DNA from: Candidatus Nomurabacteria bacterium | Lineage (GTDB): Bacteria; Patescibacteriota; Minisyncoccia; Phycocordibacterales; UBA5272 | Length of the DNA stretch: 64,000 nucleotides | Assembly: GCA_029288775.1 (NCBI GenBank) | Contig: JARIGQ010000006.1 | Coordinates: 120-64,119, forward strand | Direction: 5' to 3' | Made by a program: the position numbers and the translations under genes | Shown: piece by piece, positions 36,833 through 46,800 of the stretch | Layout of the letters: each line of letters starts with the position of its first letter | How positions within the stretch are numbered: the stretch's first letter is position 1 | The notes under the pieces: model-generated | Seen by the model: the letters and a program-made list of their open reading frames with translations, nothing else | The model's database searches: none | Told to the model about the DNA's origin: nothing

Positions 36833-37741
36833 CTACACTTTTTTTCCTTTACTTAGAATTCTCATAAATTCTTTTTTTGTATCCTTATCTCTTTTTCCAG
36901 CTAAATATGCCCGTCTTTCTGTTTCAAGAGAGATGATTTTTCCAATATGGCCAACGTCTAGATGTTGATTAAATTTTTTATAGACCTCGTTTGCGACATC
37001 CTTTAAAGGTTTATTCCAATGGATTTTATAAATAAAGTCATTTCTATCTGATGTTTTTTTACCTTTCTTCTTTATTTTTCCAAGCTCAACATGGGGTTTC
37101 CGATATTCATCTTGAAGGTTTTTGATGTGGTCAAAATTTCGGCCTATAAAATCCAAGATGTCTCTTTTGGACGCGTAGGGGCTTATCTTTAAAGATACTG
37201 GGAAAAATCTAAGCTCTTCCTCCATCTCTAATCCAACTCTGTTAATTAAATCTTGATCATTTGACTCTAAAGCGTCTAAATAGCTATAAAATCTTTTTTT
37301 AGCATCACCCACACCACATAAATCTAAGGAGGTTATTTTTAAAAATTGTGGATTTGGTAAACGGTCAAAGAATAGACAATTGGTTATGATTATTTGCCAC
37401 ACAGGTCCAGCGAGCTGAAGTTCTTCCTGGAGTTGATATATGTATGTTGCCACCCGGATTCCTAAATTATTATCTCTGTAGCCGGCCCATTTTTTAGGTA
37501 TTGCTACTGGGTACATCCAATGAATGTCCCCGTCTGCTGGTTTATTTTTGTATTTGTAGCCTGACTCAGGAATTTGAGACATTAGCCTAATAAAATTACA
37601 CTTTTTCTCCAAAAACTTTGAGCGCACTAATTCTTCGTAGTAGGATTCTATTTTTTTGAAACCACTCCCACGTCTCTTCTTTAAGTCTTTGAAATATAGG
37701 CCTATTTCTTCTTTCGACACTTTGTCCTTTTTCAGTTTCAT
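36833..37741 (-). CDS. Hypothetical protein (302 aa), first gene of the element operon
   Basis: Lys-rich. No motifs recognised. Confidence 0.4.
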   Translation of the reverse strand: MKLKKDKVSKEEIGLYFKDLKKRRGSGFKKIESYYEELVRSKFLEKKCNFIRLMSQIPESGYKYKNKPADGDIHWMYPVAIPKKWAGYRDNNLGIRVATYIYQLQEELQLAGPVWQIIITNCLFFDRLPNPQFLKITSLDLCGVGDAKKRFYSYLDALESNDQDLINRVGLEMEEELRFFPVSLKISPYASKRDILDFIGRNFDHIKNLQDEYRKPHVELGKIKKKGKKTSDRNDFIYKIHWNKPLKDVANEVYKKFNQHLDVGHIGKIISLETERRAYLAGKRDKDTKKEFMRILSKGKKV

Positions 37742-37852
37742 AAATATCTTTAAATATACGTCAATCTACACTTTTTTTTGACCGTTGCAATATAGTAGAG
37801 GTATTACATTGTTGCTTTTGCCTACATTAGGTATACACTGAAATGAAACTAT

Positions 37853-40800
37853 ATGAGCAGGGTACGAATGCTAAACGCAACATTCGGTTCGCTCACGAGA
37901 GATTCTCGTAGATTTTTGTATTCTCTTCTCCGAAAAAAGGCACTCATAATGAGTGCTCTTTTAGTTTTTGTGCAGCTTTTGACTCCGGTTGCAACTATAT
38001 ATGCCGCTGCAACGGTTTCTAACGATATAGGATCTGCAGCTTCCTTGGATCCAGTAGGTAATAAAGCGACACGTCTTCAAGGTCAAGGATCTTCAGGTGT
38101 TGACCAATCGTCGGGGGCGCTTACGTATACCTACCCTTTGACTTTACCGGATGGTAGAAATGGAATGGCTCCAAAGCTTTCTTTGTCATACAACTCTCAA
38201 AATAATGATTCAGGATGGTTCGGGCACGCTTGGACAATAAATATTCCCTACGTTGAAAGAACAACAAAAACTGGGTCCGACAAGATGTATAGTAATCCCG
38301 TATTTGTTTCTTCTCTGCATGGTGAGCTTACTTCCAGTAATGGGATTAATTATGAGCAAAAGGTGGATGATGGTTCTTACCCCAAATATACATACTCTGG
38401 AAATACGTGGCAAATGACTGATAGGGATGGCACAACCTATTATTTTGGGAATACTTATACTAGCCGAATACAGGATGATGCTGGAACGCTTATAGGTAGA
38501 TGGTATCTAACTGAAGTTCGCGATAAGTTTGGGAATGGAATTCTTTATGGTTATACCAAGGATTCTGGCACCGTATATCCGAGTACTGTTTCCTATACTG
38601 AACACGCACTGGCACACCCTCTTAATTTGGTTAGCTTCACTTTAGAAAATAAAACAGATCAACTACCAAGCTATAAATATGGCTTCAAAACTACTGATAC
38701 GAAGAGAGTATCTGCTATTAAAGTAAGCACAAACGGCAAAGACAACTCATATTTCTACTTTACTTATACATTCGGGTCAAATGGAGTGCGTTCTCTTCTT
38801 CAATCCATCGAGAAAAAACATCTAAGTACAAATGGCGATTGGACTACCCTCCCTAAAACAACTTTTGATTACGAGAAGTCTGCCCCAAGCTTCTCAGGGA
38901 CTATTTCTAATAGTGTTAACCCTTATGGAGGCAATGTTGTTATGGATACAGACGGTAATGGGATTTTAGACCTTTATAATGCAGGTGATGGATACTTTCC
39001 TGTTGAAATTAACGGTGATTATAAGAAAGACCTTGTTCAAGCAGAAATTACATATGGAGCATACTCTTCTGGGCAAAATATAAATTTTAAGTATAACCAA
39101 GGAAGCAGCACTTTCTTATTAAGAAATCTTAAGAAACCTACATCTTCCGCATATATAAGAAGTATGGTAGCTGGAAATCCTATACCTCCTTTGCGGTACT
39201 TGCCCGAAGGAGGTTCAGGGTGGGGACAAGAGTCTGTGGTAGCTGATGTTAATGGAGATGGGTTTGATGATGTGGTGTATAACGATCCTTATGGGAATAA
39301 TGGTGTTGGTGTGAATACTACAAATAATACTTTTGACTACAGCACTCCTACTAATCTTTGGTTTAGCGTACTCAATGATCAGCTTGTTGATATTAACGGT
39401 GACGGGTTACAGGATAAAATATCTAAGTCTACATCTGGAACTACTACATATAGTATTTATTTAAATACTGGGAGTGGATATTCTACAACAACTTACTATG
39501 TTTACAGTACAGGAACCGCGTTGCCTGCTGAATATGATACGGGTGTTAGATTTGTCGATATAAATAATGATGGTTTGGTTGACTTTGTAAGATCTTATTA
39601 TTCTAATTACTCGGGTACTGGAAATCCTACCTGTACTGATTCATATTCTCCTGTACCTACCACTGCTCCAATTAACCAGTCTGTAAGCCAGTACTATATA
39701 AATACCGGGACTGGTTTTACAGCATCAACCTCACCCCTTAGTGGATACATTATCAATTACGGTAGTTGTGCTTATGGAATGACTTCAGGTTTCTTGGTAA
39801 CAAAAAGTACTAAAGAATACGATACTGACGGTGATCTGGATACCGACTATGATGGAGCTACTAATAATACAAAGAAGCAAGATGTCCTCACCAATGTAAC
39901 TAGCTCTCTCGGGTCCACCCTCAGTGTTTCATATTCATGGACTACAACTGGTGGACTTAATCCTACACTACCTGTTCCAATGTATACGGTTGCAACTACA
40001 ACCGAAAAGTTTTCACTTTCTGATCCAGCTCCTCACATTGTTTCTTATAGCTTCCAAGATGGGCAAATGTACTATGACGATTCCGCTCCTCGTGATCATA
40101 AGTTTGCCGGATTCGGTAAAGTTGAAGTGGTAGATGGAAATAAAAAAACCGTCACCTATTTCCACCAAGGTAATGGTGATAACCTCAGCACAGGAGAAAA
40201 AGGGGATTCTTATTACAATATTGGAAAATCTTACCGTACTGACACCTTCGATCTATCCTCCGGTACCTCAACTTTAGTCAGTAAAGATCTTTCACTCTAT
40301 ACCACGTACTCATATGCTTCCTCTTCGTTTACATACCTAGATAGTCAAATAAAGAATCTATATAATTCTGATGGATCTTATGTATCTTCAGCAAGCAGAA
40401 ATGTGTACGATGAAACTAAGCGTCTTATTAAGACTTCCTACAACTATGGAGATATTGAACCGTTCATTTCCTTTGCTTCTTCAACTATTACAGACAAGGG
40501 GTCGGACCTCACAGTAACTTCATATATATATTCAAATACACGTCCACAACGCTTGGTTAAGCAGACAACTACAGACTACTCAGGACAGACAATAGGAAAT
40601 ACTGCCTACTACTATGATGGACTTCCTTATGGATTAGTAGATAAGGGAGCTGTAACCACAACCTTAGATACTATTTATAATAGTGACGGTACGGTAAACG
40701 CCACAAGCTCAACGCAAGTTGAATATGATCCCACGGGAAATGTAACTAAAACAACGGATGCTCTTGGGAACATAACTAAAGTTTCCTATGACAGCTCTTA

Positions 40801-43800
40801 CTACTTTCCAACACAAAAAGTTGATGCGCTTAACGGAACAACTACGTATTCTTATGACCCTTATACACTTAACTTATTATCTACTAAAGGACCAGATGGA
40901 ATAACCTATACCAAAGAAACAGATGGATTAGGTAAGGTTACTCGATCTTATACCCTGGATTCTGGAGGGGGTGTTCACGATGAAGTAAGGATCAATTATG
41001 TGTACGGAGGTGGTCTTACTGTTTATACACGAAAAATGGGTTCAAGTGGACAGGAAGCTCGCTCTGTAGACATTTACGATAGTTATGGGAGGTTAATTCA
41101 ATCTAAAAAGGAAAGCACCGTTGATTCTTTTTCTACCCAAGACACAACTTACGATGCAAGCAGTAATGTTACCTCAGTATCATTGCCATACATCACAACA
41201 GGGTATGGATATACACCCGGTACTCCAACAAATGGAAAAACCATATATACCTACGATGGTCTTGGAAGAGTGACAACTAAGGAGGCTTTTGGAAGTAAAG
41301 CAACTTACCAGTACGGTGCTCGATCGCTAACTGTCCAAGATAATGCGTCTACTCAGCACAAGAAAACATATATCTATGATGCCAACGGCAACTTGGCTAC
41401 TGTCCAGGAATACAACAATGGTAGTACGTACACAACTTCATATTCCTATACTCCAACAAATAAACTTTCTCGTATAAGTGACGCAAATGGGAACATTAGA
41501 AATTTCAGCTACCTATCTAATGGGCTTTTAACATACCAAGAAGACTCACACCCGTCTTCAGATTCAACATTTACCACTTATTCCTACACCTATGATTCCT
41601 TAGGAAACCTTCTTTCAAAAATAGGACCGCTTGGCTCAATAATTTACTCATATGATGCTCTAAGTCGACCTACAACGAGAGTTGTGTCAGATGCGACTAA
41701 TGGAACATCCACCGTCTCTCTTTCATATACAGGCTGTGCGAACAACTATGTTTCTCCTTGTGTCATTAACCGAGGCACATCTTCAACGACTCTAACTTAC
41801 AATTCTTATGGAAAATTAGGAAGTGAAATGCTTTCTATCGATGGAAAAACCTATACCCGCTCTTACGCTTACGATACCTTTAGTAATCCGACAACTATTA
41901 CATATCCTGACAACGGTCAAGCTATCTACTCCTATACTTTAGATGGGAAACAAGCTTCACTTTCATATATAACCCCAAGTGGCAGCACGAAATCTATTGT
42001 TAGCAACACCACATTTAACTCAATAGGGGATCTTTCTTCCTACTCTTTGGGTAACGGGATACAGCTTTGTAATACATACACTACGACATCTACCGATGGA
42101 GTGATCTCTCCAAAATTAGGAAAATCGGTATACCTCTTCAACTCAGTAGGATGCTCTCTTTCGGGTTCTAACCAAGTTGAGCTCTATAAGGATGAATTTA
42201 CCTATAAGGACTACATGACTCCAAGTAATATTCTTACAACGTACAAGGATATTGCTGGAACTACCCATACAAAGAGTGATAGTTTTACCTATGATAATCT
42301 TGCTCGCTTAACTCAAACTTCTACTTCCTATGATGGGGGAGGGGCTTTAGTGGATAGTCTTGTCTATGATCCGATTGGAAACATTATTAGTGAAAATAAT
42401 GTTTTGTATCGTTATAGCAAGGACGGAATGCAAAATGCTAACGCAGTGACCTCTATTGGAGGTGTTAACGTCTCTTATGACTCTCAAGGAAACCGTATCC
42501 AGTCTGGAGATAACTCGTATGCATGGAATACTCTCAATCAGTTAGTTTTAGCTACAAGTAGTAACGGTACGGAACGTTATACTTATGATGAAAATGGAGA
42601 ACGACTTAAAAAAGTGGTCCAAGCAAGTGTCCTTATCAATCAAAAAGTTACCCCTTCTACTACTGGTCTAGCAATTAGCACCCTATCCCAAGGCGACCTT
42701 TTGGCTCAAGTTGCCACATCAAGTACCTATATTGCCACTTCTACATACAATACGCTATCTTCGCTTTCGTTACTAGATAAGACGTCTTTGTTCAACTTGG
42801 TCACCGGGTATTACGCTTCACCATTTACAAGCAAGTTCTGTGCTGCAACATCTACCGCAAATCGTCAGACGTGTATTTCTGATACGACTAAGCAACTGCT
42901 GGCAAATGACATAAACCAAAGAAGTACGAGTACCGTTGCTACCACAGGACTTATAACCGATATTATTAAAATTTCAACAGGGGAGTATCTTATTCCTTCC
43001 TCATATGTAGGAATAGCTACAAGTAGTATTGCAATCAGTAGTCAAGCGACATTTACAGTAAATAGTGGAACTATTAGTTCATATAACACCTATGTAGCTA
43101 CAGGAATTGTCGTCGCACTTGATCAATATAGTAATCTTCCTTACGTATCCACGAGTACCTACACCACTCTTGCTTCACTTGGACTGATAGATACCACTAA
43201 AGTAAAAACCGTAATGATCCTTGCAGGTTGTAACTCTGTGGCATCTGCTTGTACGACTGCCAAAAAGGTGATCTTTGAAAAATATTACAAAGAAAGTGGT
43301 TATCTCCTTTCTGATCGTGCTCTACAGGAAATGTGGTATGTATATGCTGCTAAAGCTCGATTGCCCGGTAATTCTACTGAATTAACATCTACTTCAACTT
43401 ATCTTGGTAGTATTTCTGTTCCTTCAGTAACCTCTCGAAGTAGCAGTAGTGCTACGAGTACATATTATTCTGGTTTGTACTTTACAACGGAATACACTAA
43501 CCAAAATACAGCGGAGCCGAGGTTGCAATACTTTAATACAATTCCTTATTACATTACTCCCACTGCGTTTGGTGAACTTCAGGCAGCGGGGATTACCCAA
43601 ACAACAGTTCAAAGTTACCAATCTCAAATTGATGATTTACTGTCCATCAAATACGCATCTTCTACGGAGTACATGGTTGCCCTACAGTCATTTGCCAAAA
43701 ACGATAAGGGGGTAACGCTAAGCTGGAACACTCTAAAAGAGCTCTATCTAGTCGTAATTGGCGCAGCAAGTATCCCTAATAATACCGGAGACTATACCCA

Positions 43801-46800
43801 AAACGCAGTATATGACTTATCTAACTATTTAGTGATCAATAGTTATAAGACAGTCAGTGGACAGTTCACTTTACAGTGGACTACAGCTTGTAATGGAGGT
43901 TATGTTTCTAGTCTTACCTACTCTCGTTGTGTGATAGGAACTTCACCCTTTAGCCTTTCCGTTTCATCCTCAACTTCTGTAAGTTATATTCTGTCGCTTA
44001 AAAATAGTCCAAACCCAACAGAAACAACTCTTCTTATGGGTTCTTCGACAAATACTACTATGGGTACAGATAGTTATAACTACGCAACTGATTTACCTCA
44101 TATATTTAACGGTTACTATACGCAAACATTTAGTTCAGATGGTGTTCGTATAGATGCTGATGTTACTCCAACTATACTTACACAGCAAGCTAGTAGTACT
44201 TCGCCATTAAAGATACTTATTAGTAATGATTCGCAATGGTCTTCAGATCCATACACGTGGGAAGCAACCTCAGTAACGCTTAAGGCTTATGCTAATACCT
44301 CGAGACTTACACTAGCTTCTACTACGCTAGTTTCAGGAGTGACAAATGCCACTACTACAAGTTTTACTGCAGGCATCCAGAGCACAATTGCTTCTTACTT
44401 CGGCGAAAATCATGATAGTTCTTTTGATGTAAGTACAGGAACTACATCACCACTTGTTTTCATCTCTCCGGAATCATATCGAGAATTTGCTTCCACTACC
44501 CTCAAGGATGCATATCAGATTACTAAAGTCTTTATGGCTACTTCAACAACGCAGTGTGCTTCAGCGGCCTCGACTACGGAATGTGATAAAACTCTTCGTA
44601 AGGCCGCGTTTAGAGAAATAGTTACCAACTTAAGTGGTTTTACACCAAGTCAGGCTGCTACTGAAGAATTTTGGATGGTGCATAAAGGAATCTTGGCTCT
44701 TCCCAATGTTTCATTTGCTTCTACGACTGCGACAACTACGGTCAATGGTTATTATCAGGCAACTTCAACTATAGGTTCATGGTATATCATGGTTTCTCCG
44801 GGTAATTACACGTATTATGTAGCAACGTCGAGTGCGGTATTGCCTGCAATTGTTTCTTCCACTTCTACTCCGTATCCAGTTTTTGCTAGATCTAACCTAC
44901 CGAATTCACTTTCAACAAGTACTACGTATCTTACATCTACTACAACCATTCCTGGGTTCTGGGTAGACCAGGTGGTGTATCAAGATTCTCCAACTGGTGG
45001 AGCTACGAGCACGACTGGTTCTTACACAGTGCATACGTTTAATTCCTCAGGAACATTTACTGTTCCATCCGGGGCAAGTTTTAACGCTGAAGTTCTTGCT
45101 GTGGGAGGCGGGGGAGGCGGGGGAGGATCTCAAGGTGGTGGAGGAGGTGGTGGTCAAGTAATCGCCAGTTCAACCGTTGCATTCACTGCGGGTTCATATT
45201 CTGTGACTATCGGAAGCGGTGGGGGAGGAGGGGATGCTGGTGGAACTACAGCTGGTGGAGATGGAGCCACGACAACATTTGTAGGCATTACAGCAAAAGG
45301 GGGCAAAGGGGCGCCACGTCAAACCAACTTAAATGGTGGAAATTCTGGAAGTGGTAAAACAGGCGGTACAGGAATACTTTCCGGTTACTACCCATCTGGT
45401 GGAGGCGCGGGAGATTTTGCGAATGGAGTAAATGGGTCAGGTTCTGCATCTGGGAATGGAGGAACTGGAACATCATCCTCTATTACAGGAAGTTCTTTGG
45501 GTTATGGCGGTGGAGGCGGTGGAGGGGGAGATTCGCAAGGTTCTACTCCTGGTAGTGGTGTAGATGGCGGAGGAAATGGAGCAACAGCCTTTGTAAGTTC
45601 ACCAGGTTCATCTGGTACTGCTAATAGAGGAGGCGGAGGAGGTGGGGGTAGTAATGATAATGGTTGTCACTGTGCCGGAACGGCTGGAGGTGATGGCGGT
45701 TCTGGCGTGGTAATTGTTCGTTATCTGACATCTCTGTTCCCATTCAATGCAACGACTACAACTCACGTGTATATTGCAACAACTACTATCATTGCTCCAG
45801 TAACACATCTTGATTTGGTGCCTTCAGGAGTGCTTACGGATACACAATTTACTACTACGTACGCAACATCCAGTTTTGCTTTGGCAACTACGACGAAGGG
45901 AGTAAGTCAAGATACTTACAACGAGCTTCTAAGAACCCCAGTACGCTTAAATTCTGATGTGACCACTGTATTTACTTATGCTCTTCCATTTGCAACAAGT
46001 TCATGCCCGGGTCAGACAGCTACAAGTAGTTGTGTTATTACTGCTCAAAAGACAAAAGCTAAAGACACAATAAGCGCCCTCTCGGGATTCGTCTTGTCAG
46101 ATGCTGCACTAGAAGAGCTATACCGAGTTAATTCAGGAGATTTATCAATTATTCCAATGAATCTCACGAATGCTGCAACATCTTCATCGAATCAAACTAT
46201 TATTCTGCCTCTTGATAAATCTCGAGCCTATACATCCTACAGTACATCAACCGCTTCAGGAACCACTACATCTTCAGTAGGGGGCAGCTGTTCATTCGGA
46301 ACTACTGGCGCTACAACAACGAAGTGTAAAATCGGCTTACCAGATCTGAACACTATAATCCAAAGCGCTACCTTCAAATACGATCTTTCTACTTCTACCG
46401 TCTCAACAAGTACGTTACTGCTTAACTTTACCTATCTTACTCAGGTTGCCTCCACAACAGGTGCAACATCCACTCCTCAATTTACAGCTGTGTCTTCTTC
46501 GACAACAGTTACTGGTCAAAAGTCTGGCACTTCTACGTTTAGCTTCGATCTAAGCTCGTACTACGTAGACTTTATGGCAGCAACGACGTCTACATTTATT
46601 TTGACTCCTGATGCAAATGGAACATCGACTCAAGTTTTCCAAGTACTAAACCCTATACTTACGTTTAATAGATATATTTCTAATCAAAGCATTACATACG
46701 CAACAACCACTCAATTTATTCCATTTGATAGGTCCGCTATCCCTTCTTATGCGACCACAACTGCAACAACCTCAATCGATCTGACAAACACCCCGCCTAT

